Origin: Promethearchaeota archaeon
Lineage (GTDB): Archaea > Asgardarchaeota > Hermodarchaeia > Hermodarchaeales > Hermodarchaeaceae
Assembly: GCA_048939245.1 (NCBI GenBank)
Contig: JBHLPR010000006.1
Span: 12,504-68,925, forward strand
Length of the DNA: 56,422 bases
Direction of reading: 5' to 3'
Shown here piece by piece: positions 1-9,304 of the stretch. The notes below the pieces were generated by a model. It made no database searches. It was given only the letters and a program-made list of their open reading frames with translations, and was not told the DNA's origin. The position numbers and the translations under genes were made by a program. Positions within the stretch are counted from its first letter, which is position 1. Each line of letters opens with the position of its first letter.

Positions 1-305
1 CTTAGCGTTTGGAATCGAACAGCTTCTACATCATCGTCGAGTAATGGGATTAGAGAAGCGCCGTCCTCTTTGGTGCCAATGAAACCGATAGCAATTGCTG
101 CTTCCAGACGAGTAACAAAATCAGGATGGCCTAGAGCGGATCGTAAGTGGGGCAGAGCCGTTGCTGCTTCGGGTCCCAGTTGTCCTAGTTTTCGGATTGC
201 GTTGTGTCGGAGTTGATCATCTTCACTCCTTATTGTTTTGATGTATGTATGAACCTGCTCGTTTTTCGCAGGGGTCGATACATCTGTAGGATGTGGGGGT
301 GACAT
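1..305 (-). CDS. HEAT/PBS-lyase repeat protein (3' end runs off the window)
   Basis: Not in the ORF track. ATG at 305 with an open frame to the window edge: MSPPHP...DDQLRHNAIRKLGQLG...DFVTRLEAAIAIGFIG...LIPLLDDDVEAVRFQ, a typical HEAT repeat pattern. Confidence 0.8.
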   Translation of the reverse strand, partial: MSPPHPTDVSTPAKNEQVHTYIKTIRSEDDQLRHNAIRKLGQLGPEAATALPHLRSALGHPDFVTRLEAAIAIGFIGTKEDGASLIPLLDDDVEAVRFQTL

Positions 306-380
306 GCTGGGAACCTCGCAGGGTCAACTGTTTTTAATTATTAGTATCTTCCCATACACTTGATAGGCAGCTGCTTGTTC

Positions 381-887
381 TTAGTATCGTTTCTTCTTTT
401 TCTTTCGTTTCGGTTGTTTGCGTTTCACCCGTTTCCGTTTTGGAAGTTCTTCGGTTGGAATCCGTTCTGGTCCCGGGGGTAATCCTAAATCGTCTTCTGG
501 GGGATAGGCGATTTCAGCGAAGAGGGCACCTATCTGTCCGCCGACTCCTGTGATGACCCCTCCGATAAGGCATACAAAGACTTGTGGTATAGGCATCAAT
601 ATCCCAACTAGAATCCATGCATTGATGAAAGCATTGGTGAAGTTGATTGCGAATAATCCGAAGAGGGTAAGCCAGGCGAGAAATCCTGCGAGGAAGGTTA
701 TGATGATGGCTCGAAAATTATTTTTTATTAAAAATCCTGCGAGGATTCCGGCAATAACAATAAGAATCCCTTGACCAGTTACTTGGATGAGGATGGCGAA
801 AAAGAAGCAGAATGCAAATCCAACGATTATCCCATGCTTCTTTCTGAAGAAGGCTTTCAGACTTTCTCGGCTAAAATCTCCTGACAT
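381..887 (-). CDS. Small multi-pass membrane protein with polybasic C-terminal tail
   Basis: About 4 Gly-rich hydrophobic segments, ending KRKRVKRKQPKRKKKKKRY. Starts 4 bp after the acylase stop. Confidence 0.75.
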   Translation of the reverse strand: MSGDFSRESLKAFFRKKHGIIVGFAFCFFFAILIQVTGQGILIVIAGILAGFLIKNNFRAIIITFLAGFLAWLTLFGLFAINFTNAFINAWILVGILMPIPQVFVCLIGGVITGVGGQIGALFAEIAYPPEDDLGLPPGPERIPTEELPKRKRVKRKQPKRKKKKKRY

Positions 888-891
888 GGAA

Positions 892-3309
892 TCACCCCGG
901 AATAAGAATGATCAGAGAGGCAAATTCGGTTATTTCCCCGAGTGCCGATGAATAAGGTAGTACATGATATTCGCCGATAATCCACAATCCCAATTGGTCC
1001 ATATAGTTACGAGCATAGCCGTTTCCTCGCTGTCCACCAGGTAAAACGCCTACGCAGTTCGCGAGGTTATCCAGGTCCATGATGAGTCGATAACTTGCTC
1101 CAACCGCAACCAGGTATCCCGGAGCATAATTGACAGTGTATGCACTTCCATTCACAGGGTAACGTGGCGCGTTTAGAAATGCGAAGTTATCAGACATTGG
1201 ATGTTGCACCCAGAGGATATGGATCCGATTATACTGCCAGGTGGACGTATCGGATCCCAGGTTCAAGGTGAGAAATTCAACGGTGTCTGCAAAGCTTGCG
1301 AGGATGATATCATCACGAGTTTGGGTGCCCGTTTGACTTACATTGTTGAACCAGAGGTCATAATTGATGAGGGTGAAATTATCGAGAACACTCATGGATG
1401 GATAGGGTCCCGTGGGGGTTCCAGCAGCTGAGTATTCATCGAAGAACGTGTTATTCAAATAAGTTGGTGAAAATGTAGACCAAATCGTCGCACCGATGCT
1501 CTCGGTATTCATTACGCCATCCCAGTTCTGAAGGGCTAGTGCTGCTGTATACATCGTGGGCTCTTCGGATTCGGTCACTTCCGCTAGAATCACACTTGCC
1601 ACGATATCTTTGATAGCAAGAGCGTGGAGTGATAGGGCATCTTGTTGAATGTGCTCCATGTCTACAAGTGTGCTACTAGGTATACTCTCCAGTAAGGCTG
1701 TGATGCGATTCGCACGGTAAGGTGCGGCGAAATCATATCCGAGATAGTAGGAGTAACTGGTGTTAACTGGGCGATTATTAGCGGCTACCAGCATCCCTGA
1801 TGTGGGATTGAAGTCCTGAGGGAGTTGGTTGAATGGAATGAATCCCTGCCAACTTGTATTATTTGCTGAACCATTCAGGGGGCTTGGTCCCTGTCCCGAT
1901 GTTCGAATCGGTTGAGCTGCAGCTGCATGATAAGCAATATTCCCTGAGGTGTCAGCATAAAGGAAGTTGAGATTGGGTGCGTCAATTTGTTGAATAGCAG
2001 ACAGAAAGCCGGCATGGTTGGTGGCTAGTCCCAGTTCGTAAAGGGCTTCGGTGGTACGGGATCCGTTTGCTCCGGTCCATTTAAGGGCAAATCGATCCGT
2101 CTCCTCATCAAATAGGGGTCCATGCACAGTATAGTTAAGCACTATCTCCACGGGGGCGAGTCCGCCTTCAACTCGGGCCCACACGGTGGTGTTTCGCTGC
2201 TCAATGGGTTGCCAGCTATTATTCCACCAGTATTGGCTAGCATTACCTGGGTTCCAAAGATAATAGTAGAAATCGCTCATATCGGACTGCATTCCGGTCC
2301 ATCCCCAAGCAATGTTCGGATTATGTCCCTGGTAGATAAAGGGAATGCCTGTATAGGTGATTCCTTGCACATTATATCCTGGAGCCACCATCTGCATTTC
2401 ATACCAAATGGGTGATAGCGTCATTGAAAGATGTGGGTCGCTAGCTAATAGGGGGGCACCAGTCGTAGTGTGAGAACCGTTTATTACCCAGCAGTTGCTT
2501 CCTCCGGTCGCCAGGGACACTGGGTTCTGTTTTTGCAGTGCTTCCAAGCGGTTGGCAAGGGATTTGGCTGCAGTTTGAAGGTGCGCTGGAAGGGTTGGTG
2601 CCACGATGAAAGTTTCGTTATATTGCAGATCAGGGAAAAGGTCCTTGAAGACGAGGTCTACACCGTAGGTATCAATCAAGTTCGCCATTTGTAGGTCTTG
2701 AAACGCATCACTGGCTGAAAGTTGCCAGGCGACATATCGTTCAATGGTGAGGCTGTCCGTTTCATTCCATGGTTCTGGGAAATAACCAAGCACGCGAATT
2801 TCCACTGGGATCTTGGAACCAATACTCTCCATATACTGATTGATTCCTCGAGCATAGCTTTTGAGCAACCCAAGAACGGTAGAATTAAGCAGGAGCACAG
2901 AAGCGTTAGCTATTGCTTCAAAACCAAGCTGTCGATGGTATTGGTCAAGTTCTAGATACGATGTACCAAAGAGCTCCGATAGTCTTCCTTGGGCTATTCG
3001 TCGATATAGGTCCAGTTGAAAGAGTCGATCTTGGGCATGCACATACCCACAAGCTAGATACAGATCATTGATATCGCCTGCAAAAATCTGGGGAACACCC
3101 CAGGCATCCCGAACAATATGGACTTCCCCAGTGAGTCCTTGGATTTCTTCGCTCGAGGAAGTGGGAAGGTTAGCCCAGGAAATGTCCATCCACAAGCCTC
3201 CATTAGGTTGAAGCCAGGGGATAACGCTGACAAGCATCCCCAGAATCAGTGAACAAATCAAAATGACGAGGATGTTTTTACAGTTGAAGATTTTTCGTTG
3301 GCTTGACAC
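892..3309 (-). CDS. Penicillin acylase family Ntn-hydrolase (peptidase S45), membrane-anchored/secreted
   Basis: RDAWGVPQI, GYVHAQDRLFQLD, catalytic GSNCW, LASDPHL and PGGQRG motifs. N-terminal TM segment. Confidence 0.93.
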   Translation of the reverse strand: MSSQRKIFNCKNILVILICSLILGMLVSVIPWLQPNGGLWMDISWANLPTSSSEEIQGLTGEVHIVRDAWGVPQIFAGDINDLYLACGYVHAQDRLFQLDLYRRIAQGRLSELFGTSYLELDQYHRQLGFEAIANASVLLLNSTVLGLLKSYARGINQYMESIGSKIPVEIRVLGYFPEPWNETDSLTIERYVAWQLSASDAFQDLQMANLIDTYGVDLVFKDLFPDLQYNETFIVAPTLPAHLQTAAKSLANRLEALQKQNPVSLATGGSNCWVINGSHTTTGAPLLASDPHLSMTLSPIWYEMQMVAPGYNVQGITYTGIPFIYQGHNPNIAWGWTGMQSDMSDFYYYLWNPGNASQYWWNNSWQPIEQRNTTVWARVEGGLAPVEIVLNYTVHGPLFDEETDRFALKWTGANGSRTTEALYELGLATNHAGFLSAIQQIDAPNLNFLYADTSGNIAYHAAAAQPIRTSGQGPSPLNGSANNTSWQGFIPFNQLPQDFNPTSGMLVAANNRPVNTSYSYYLGYDFAAPYRANRITALLESIPSSTLVDMEHIQQDALSLHALAIKDIVASVILAEVTESEEPTMYTAALALQNWDGVMNTESIGATIWSTFSPTYLNNTFFDEYSAAGTPTGPYPSMSVLDNFTLINYDLWFNNVSQTGTQTRDDIILASFADTVEFLTLNLGSDTSTWQYNRIHILWVQHPMSDNFAFLNAPRYPVNGSAYTVNYAPGYLVAVGASYRLIMDLDNLANCVGVLPGGQRGNGYARNYMDQLGLWIIGEYHVLPYSSALGEITEFASLIILIPG

Positions 3310-3433
3310 ATAACAGCCCCCAAAGGAAGACCAGCTCTACTGTTTACTAAATGCTGGGGCGAACATCCATGCCTTGTTCTTATAAAATGCGTGGTTCCAG
3401 AAATATCTCAGGTCGATTTTGCCAGGGCTAGCG

Positions 3434-4057
3434 TTACTTTGATTTATTGGATTTGTTCTTTTTTGGCTTCTTAGCGGACTTGCTTTTAGAATCGTTTTTC
3501 TTCCTTTCTCGGCGTAGTCGACGTTTTCCACGTTCATAGGTTTCTTGTAGGACCTGCCGTACTGATCGGCGTTTTCGCTCTTCCATAGGAACTTCCAAGT
3601 GGACAACACCTTCTTCTCCATCGACTGAAGCAATAATGTGGCCAGTCGCATATTCGGGAAGAGGTCGGAATTTATAGGAATACCGTAGGACACCAGTCCG
3701 TCCTGCTTCACCGATACGACGAAACACCACTTGAACGCTCATCCCGATTTTTAACTGCTCGTGATTAACATCGACGATTTGAGAGAGAACTAAAGGGCCT
3801 TCATCTAATCGGACCAAGGCAATGACATATGGGGAAAGATCTTTGAAACCCGCTGGTGGATCATGGATAATTGTGTACGAGTATATCTTTCCAAGCCCCG
3901 AAAATTGTGTATCAACGAAATCTGTTTTCCTACGGCATTTCGGACAAAGTGGTACAGGTGGGAAATATTTGGTATCACAGGTTCGACAGTGTCGACCCAC
4001 CAGATTATAGACATTTTTAATCCTTCGCCACAACATTGGAACGCTTTGTTCAGACAT
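3434..4057 (-). CDS. DUF35 family Zn-ribbon/OB-fold protein (thiolase-HMGS scaffold) with basic C-terminal extension
   Basis: CxxC..FPP..CPxC followed by G.IYSYT and PYVIALVRLDEG. Directly downstream of the thiolase. Confidence 0.92.
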   Translation of the reverse strand: MSEQSVPMLWRRIKNVYNLVGRHCRTCDTKYFPPVPLCPKCRRKTDFVDTQFSGLGKIYSYTIIHDPPAGFKDLSPYVIALVRLDEGPLVLSQIVDVNHEQLKIGMSVQVVFRRIGEAGRTGVLRYSYKFRPLPEYATGHIIASVDGEEGVVHLEVPMEERKRRSVRQVLQETYERGKRRLRRERKKNDSKSKSAKKPKKNKSNKSK

Positions 4058-4073
4058 CTTTTTTCACCTTGGT

Positions 4074-5264
4074 CTAATCATGCGTCAAAATATGGAGTAC
4101 AGCCGTGGAACCAGTGCCCCCTAAGTTTAGAGTGAGACCTTGTCTAACCCCTTTCACCTGGCGTTTACCTGCGGTTCCGCGGAGTTGTTCAACTATTTCC
4201 GCAACTTGCGCTATTCCTGTGGCTCCTACCGGATGCCCTTTCGCTTTGAGTCCGCCACTCACATTAGTCGGAATGGTTCCCTTCTTGTCAAAAAAGCCAT
4301 CTTCAATGGCTTCACCACCCTTCCCTTTTTCAACAAAGCCCAGATCCTCAACTGAGATAATTTCACTAATACTAAATGAATCATGAAGCTCAGCGATTTC
4401 CACATCATCAGGCTTCATTTTAAGTTTATCATATGCTTGTTTAGCAGCACTCTTTACTGCACGAAAGGTTGTGATGTGAGGTCGATCATGCAAAGCAAGG
4501 GTATCTGAGGCTTGAGTGGCTGCCTCGATCCAAATAGGATCACCTTCAAATTGATCTACTAAATCCCCCCGAACAATAATCGCTGCGGCGGCCCCATCTG
4601 AAATGGGGGCACAGTGCAAGACCCTCAAAGGATCAGCAACTAGCGGACTCTTGAGAACCTGGTCAGTTGTAATCTTGAATCGAAATTGAGCATAGGGATT
4701 ATTCACCGCATTGGCATGAGCCTTAACAGCAGGTGCTGAAAGCTGTTCAGAGGTTGTGCCATAACGGTGCATATGACGACGAGCAAGCAGTGCAAACAAG
4801 GAAGGAAATGTGGCACCGATTTGCCCTTCCCATTCCCGATCGGCTGCACTCATAAGTGTGTCAGCAATGGCAGGTTCTGAAATATCACTCATTTTTTCAC
4901 AACCTATCACCATGGCGACTTTGTGTTCGCCTGATTTTACAGCCAAGTATGCATGACGAACTGCTACACCTCCACTCGCACATGCGGCTTCTACTTCAGT
5001 CGAGGCAATAGGGAGGAGTCCCCCTGAATCAGCAGCCATAACCGCTTGGTGCTCCTGTTGGATGAAGGAACTTGTGGAAGTATTACTAACATAGAGGGCG
5101 TCGATATCATCACCTCTGACGCCTGCATCTGCGAGACAGGCAGTAGCCGCGGTTAGGGATATTCGGCGGATACTGCGATCCCATTGTTCACCAAAAGAGG
5201 TTTGACCCACGCCGATAATGGCAACCCGATCTTTTGCTGATCTTTCTTTACTCATGATTATCAC
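4074..5264 (-). CDS. Archaeal acetoacetyl-CoA thiolase (SCP2-like type); real start may be the second or third Met
   Basis: [33 protein letters not shown] and NLGG motifs. Confidence 0.95.
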   Translation of the reverse strand: MIIMSKERSAKDRVAIIGVGQTSFGEQWDRSIRRISLTAATACLADAGVRGDDIDALYVSNTSTSSFIQQEHQAVMAADSGGLLPIASTEVEAACASGGVAVRHAYLAVKSGEHKVAMVIGCEKMSDISEPAIADTLMSAADREWEGQIGATFPSLFALLARRHMHRYGTTSEQLSAPAVKAHANAVNNPYAQFRFKITTDQVLKSPLVADPLRVLHCAPISDGAAAAIIVRGDLVDQFEGDPIWIEAATQASDTLALHDRPHITTFRAVKSAAKQAYDKLKMKPDDVEIAELHDSFSISEIISVEDLGFVEKGKGGEAIEDGFFDKKGTIPTNVSGGLKAKGHPVGATGIAQVAEIVEQLRGTAGKRQVKGVRQGLTLNLGGTGSTAVLHILTHD

Positions 5265-6310
5265 TCTACCTTGATGGTGCGTCGGTGCTTCGCATACTGG
5301 GCATAATCGATGTAGACTTTATCATCGATGTAATCTTGCACCTTGGGTTTTCGTTTCCGTTTTTCTTTGATTGGTTTCATGACTTCCAAATGGAAGGCAT
5401 CACTGCCCGCCCCTGAACCATATGAAACAACCAAAATTTTGTCTCCAGGATTTGCGACTTCAAGGGTAGCTGCTAACCCCAATGGCGAGCTTCCAGCATA
5501 GGTGTTCCCAACATAATCGACAACAAGGGAGGGTTCGATTTGCTTATCCTTGAACCCCAGAGTTTTCGCAGCTCGACGAGGAAACTTACCGTTAGGTGAA
5601 TGAAACACACCCCAATCATAATCGCTGGTTTTAGTTCCCATTTTTTCAAACAAACCCATTGCGGCTTGTTGGACATGCCGGAAGTATGCTGGCTTTCCAG
5701 TAAATCTAGACCCATGTTCGGGAAAATCGGTTCCTTCACGCCGCCAAAAATCGGGTGTGTCGCTAGTATAGGAGAACGTACCTTCGAATCGGGCGACCAT
5801 ATCGTCATCGCTGCCAATGAGAAACGCGGCTCCTCCCGCGGCAGCTGCATATTCTAAGGCATCACCGGGTTTCGCTTGGGCGGTATCGGCTCCAATGGCG
5901 AGCCCGATGTCCACTTCCTTGGATTTCACTAATCCAATACAGACTTGCATCGCAGCGGTTCCCGCTTTACATGCAAAGGAAAAATCTGCACATTGCAAAC
6001 TATTGGGTGCATTAATTGCTTCTGCGACTACTGTTCCGGTTGGTTTAGTAGCATAAACGTGGGATTCAGATCCCACATAAACTGCCCCAATTCGGTTCGG
6101 GTCAATCTGGGCACATTTTAAGGCATTCCGGGCAGCTTCGACCGAGATGGTGGTGGTGTCTTCATCAAGGCCAGGGACACTTTTCTCAACTAAATTCAAT
6201 CCCCGTCCAATGGCTTTTCCGTCTTTACCCCACACTCGGGCGATTTCTTCAACTTTAATGCGATACTTGGGAATGTAACCACCATAACCTAATATTCCAA
6301 CTTCTGGCAC
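5261..6310 (-). CDS. Archaeal hydroxymethylglutaryl-CoA synthase
   Basis: VGSESH, FACKAGT (catalytic Cys), [21 protein letters not shown] and [11 protein letters not shown] motifs. Confidence 0.96.
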   Translation of the reverse strand: MPEVGILGYGGYIPKYRIKVEEIARVWGKDGKAIGRGLNLVEKSVPGLDEDTTTISVEAARNALKCAQIDPNRIGAVYVGSESHVYATKPTGTVVAEAINAPNSLQCADFSFACKAGTAAMQVCIGLVKSKEVDIGLAIGADTAQAKPGDALEYAAAAGGAAFLIGSDDDMVARFEGTFSYTSDTPDFWRREGTDFPEHGSRFTGKPAYFRHVQQAAMGLFEKMGTKTSDYDWGVFHSPNGKFPRRAAKTLGFKDKQIEPSLVVDYVGNTYAGSSPLGLAATLEVANPGDKILVVSYGSGAGSDAFHLEVMKPIKEKRKRKPKVQDYIDDKVYIDYAQYAKHRRTIKVE

Positions 6311-6501
6311 GGCTTCCTTGTCTCCTTTTCTGTTTAGCTCGTTTATACCCGCTTCCCGCAGTCTATCTGCTTTTCAATGTTCCGCTTAACAGCGACCACA
6401 TTCGTTGACTTGAGGTTACGGATGTAAAGGGTATCGACGATTTCTCCAGCATATTTTGATAAATAGATGCCAACGATGAAAAACGGTTCACGATTATCCA
6501 G

Positions 6502-7692
6502 TTAGGCGAAAGCAGCTTTGACCTTTCGTCCGATTTCCTGTCCATATTCAAAGCATCGCTTTAAATCTTCCTCGCTAGGACGAAATTGCACATCCAAAGG
6601 ATCTAATACCTCACCAAACTTGAAATCCTTCAACTGCTGGGTGAGAACCCGGGTTGCACCACCTCCCCACCCATAGGACCCAAAGGCCGCTCCAATCTTG
6701 TTAGCGGGTCGCAGATGCTTCAAATACGGCATAAACGCTGCGGTCGGATAATAGGGATCGATATTATAGGTCATAGCTCCCACCACAACCGCTTTGGCCT
6801 CCATGGCTGCGCCTTGAACACGGCTGTGGATTTCTTTTTCCAAATCATAAATCTCAGCAGGCACACCCACGCTGCTGATGCCTTCCCGAATCGCCTCTGC
6901 CATTCGCTTAGTACTTTTCCAAATAGTTGAATACACAACAACAGCACGTTCTTGTTCTGGATTACTTGACCAGCGGCGATAAATCTCAACGATTCGGTCG
7001 ATATCCTTCCGCCAGATGGGTCCATGTGATGGGCAGATAATTTTGATTGGAACTCCTTCTATTTTTTTGAACGCGTTGAGCACTGCTCTGGCATTGAACC
7101 GAACAATATAACTATAATATGCACGTAGGGCTTCATACCAGTCATCAACTTGGTCCGCAAATCGGTAGGGCGTAGCAATCTGCATTCCAAAGGCATCATT
7201 ACTAAACACCAATTTTTCTTCCGGCATATAACTGATCATTGTCTCTGGCCAATGTACCATCGGAATTTTCACGAAGGTCAGCGAACGCTTGCCCAACTTA
7301 AGTGATGCCCCTTCTTCAACAATTTCAAGGGGAAACTCAACACCGCGATAGCTTAGCTGCAAAAATTCAGCCCCCCTCGCAGATGTAACAATTGTTGCGT
7401 TCGGTGCCGCTTCAAGCATCGCCACATAGGCTGTGGAGTGATCCGGTTCCACATGCTGACAAATGATATAATCAATCTTGGCTGGATCAATAATCGTACG
7501 AATACGGTCTAGTAGTTCTTCGGTGAAGTTAGGCGCCACCGTATCAATGAGGGTGACTTTTTCATCAACAATGAGGTACGCATTGTAGGTACCACCCTTC
7601 GGTGTCCAGAGTCCATGAAAGTCTCGGAGCATCCAGTCAATGGCACCTACCCAATATACACCTTTAACAATCTCAACTTTTTCCGTCGTCAT
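6502..7692 (-). CDS. fprA: Flavodiiron protein (A-type flavoprotein, O2/NO reductase)
   Basis: GTYNAYL, HVEPDH, HWPE, SNDAFG and PSHG metallo-beta-lactamase ligands, plus a flavodoxin domain with FGSYGWGG. Confidence 0.95.
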   Translation of the reverse strand: MTTEKVEIVKGVYWVGAIDWMLRDFHGLWTPKGGTYNAYLIVDEKVTLIDTVAPNFTEELLDRIRTIIDPAKIDYIICQHVEPDHSTAYVAMLEAAPNATIVTSARGAEFLQLSYRGVEFPLEIVEEGASLKLGKRSLTFVKIPMVHWPETMISYMPEEKLVFSNDAFGMQIATPYRFADQVDDWYEALRAYYSYIVRFNARAVLNAFKKIEGVPIKIICPSHGPIWRKDIDRIVEIYRRWSSNPEQERAVVVYSTIWKSTKRMAEAIREGISSVGVPAEIYDLEKEIHSRVQGAAMEAKAVVVGAMTYNIDPYYPTAAFMPYLKHLRPANKIGAAFGSYGWGGGATRVLTQQLKDFKFGEVLDPLDVQFRPSEEDLKRCFEYGQEIGRKVKAAFA

Positions 7693-7831
7693 GGGATACC
7701 CTCCATCAGGTAGCTCATCTGGTAGCAGCTACGTGACTAACACGCTTTAATTGTTTTTCATTTTCCTTAATAGGCAGAAGGCTTATGGGACCAAGTAACC
7801 CATTCACCATATCCGACTTGGAGCCAGTACC

Positions 7832-9250
7832 ATGGATCGCCTACTCAACCCCCGATCAATTGCAATTGTCGGTGCCTCAACCAACATCACAAAAATGGGC
7901 TCTCTCATCACCTTCAATGTTCGCTCCGGTGGCTATGAAGGCGAGGTCTACCCTATCAATCCTAAAGCTGACACCGTCCATGGCTACAAGGCCTACCCCA
8001 GTATCCTCGATTGTCCCACCCCGGATGTGGTCTCCATCATCGTACCTAAACCAGCTGTTCCGGAAATCCTTGACCAATGCGCCCAAGCCAACATCCGCAA
8101 TATCATCCTGGTGACTGCAGGCTACCGCGAAGTGGGACCCGACGGTCAAGCCGCCGAAGAGGAAATCAAAGCCATCGCCAAATGCCACAACTTCAACCTC
8201 GTCGGACCCAACTGCGTCGGCATCAGTCGCCCCGCCCTCAAACTCAACCTCACCTCCATGCCCTACTTCCCTCGCCAAGGACCCGTCGCCTTCGTCTCCC
8301 AAAGCGGGGCCTTCGCTGTCCAAAACTTCCTCTCCGTCGAACGCTGGGGCCTTGGCTTAAGCACGGTTATCAGTACGGGTAACGAAGCGGTCCTCACCTG
8401 CACCGATTATATTCAGCTCCTGGCCAACGATCCCGAAACCCGAGTCATCCTCCTCTATATCGAAGGCTTCAATGATGGCCCCCGGTTTCTTCAAGCTGCC
8501 AAAGAAATCACGAAAAAGAAACCGATTTTGCTCATGAAAGTGGGAAGGACCCAGCAAGGCCAACGCGCTGCGATCTCTCATACAGGCGCCCTTGCCGGTG
8601 ATGCTACGGTATTCCACGGCGCTATGCAACAAGCGGGGGTTGTTGTAGGGCAAAGCCTCGAAGACCTTTTCGACTGGTCTATGGCACTCGGACACCAACC
8701 ACTGCCTAAAGGCAACCGCGTTGCCATCCTCACCAATTCCGGCGGTCCGGGCGTGTCCCTCACCGATGTTTGTGCCGAACAAGGCCTCATAATCCCTCCG
8801 CTTCCCGAAGAGGTCCAAAGCCAATTACAAGCATTCCTGCCTCCCACAGCAGTCACAGGAAATCCCGTCGATAGCACATTCACTATTAACATGCAAATTT
8901 TCTCTCAATGCTCCGATATTCTACTCTCCCTTAACGAAATCGATTCGTTAATCATTCACGGCTTCTTTGGCCCAGACCTAATGGATCAATTCCGTCAAAG
9001 TCCTGACATCCCACAAGCAGTCGTCACTGCCATACAGAACGAATTCGGCAATGCCGCTGAACAGCTCATCCACACCATCCAGCAACATAAGAAACCAGTG
9101 CTAATTTCCTCCACCCAAGATCGCAGCGACCCTGCTATTTGTACACTTCAAGACGCTGGCATCCCTGTATACACAATGCCTGAGCGTGCAGCACATGCCT
9201 TGGGTGTAATGACCCGCTATGCCCAATGGTGTAAACGGCATACTTCCTAG
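7832..9250 (+). CDS. acdA: ADP-forming acyl-CoA synthetase, alpha subunit
   Basis: PRSIAIVGAS, GPNCVG, SQSGA, phospho-His motif SHTGALAG, TNSGG and NPVD. No ATP-grasp beta domain. Confidence 0.9.
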   Translation: MDRLLNPRSIAIVGASTNITKMGSLITFNVRSGGYEGEVYPINPKADTVHGYKAYPSILDCPTPDVVSIIVPKPAVPEILDQCAQANIRNIILVTAGYREVGPDGQAAEEEIKAIAKCHNFNLVGPNCVGISRPALKLNLTSMPYFPRQGPVAFVSQSGAFAVQNFLSVERWGLGLSTVISTGNEAVLTCTDYIQLLANDPETRVILLYIEGFNDGPRFLQAAKEITKKKPILLMKVGRTQQGQRAAISHTGALAGDATVFHGAMQQAGVVVGQSLEDLFDWSMALGHQPLPKGNRVAILTNSGGPGVSLTDVCAEQGLIIPPLPEEVQSQLQAFLPPTAVTGNPVDSTFTINMQIFSQCSDILLSLNEIDSLIIHGFFGPDLMDQFRQSPDIPQAVVTAIQNEFGNAAEQLIHTIQQHKKPVLISSTQDRSDPAICTLQDAGIPVYTMPERAAHALGVMTRYAQWCKRHTS

Positions 9251-9304
9251 ATGATGTCAAATACGACCATTATTCCAGGGGACTGAATGTCAGATCTCTT
9301 GGGA

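Noticed and set aside
7877-8892. Minus-strand and alternative-frame ORFs over acdA
   Set aside because: Explained by stop-codon depletion from the C-rich codon usage.
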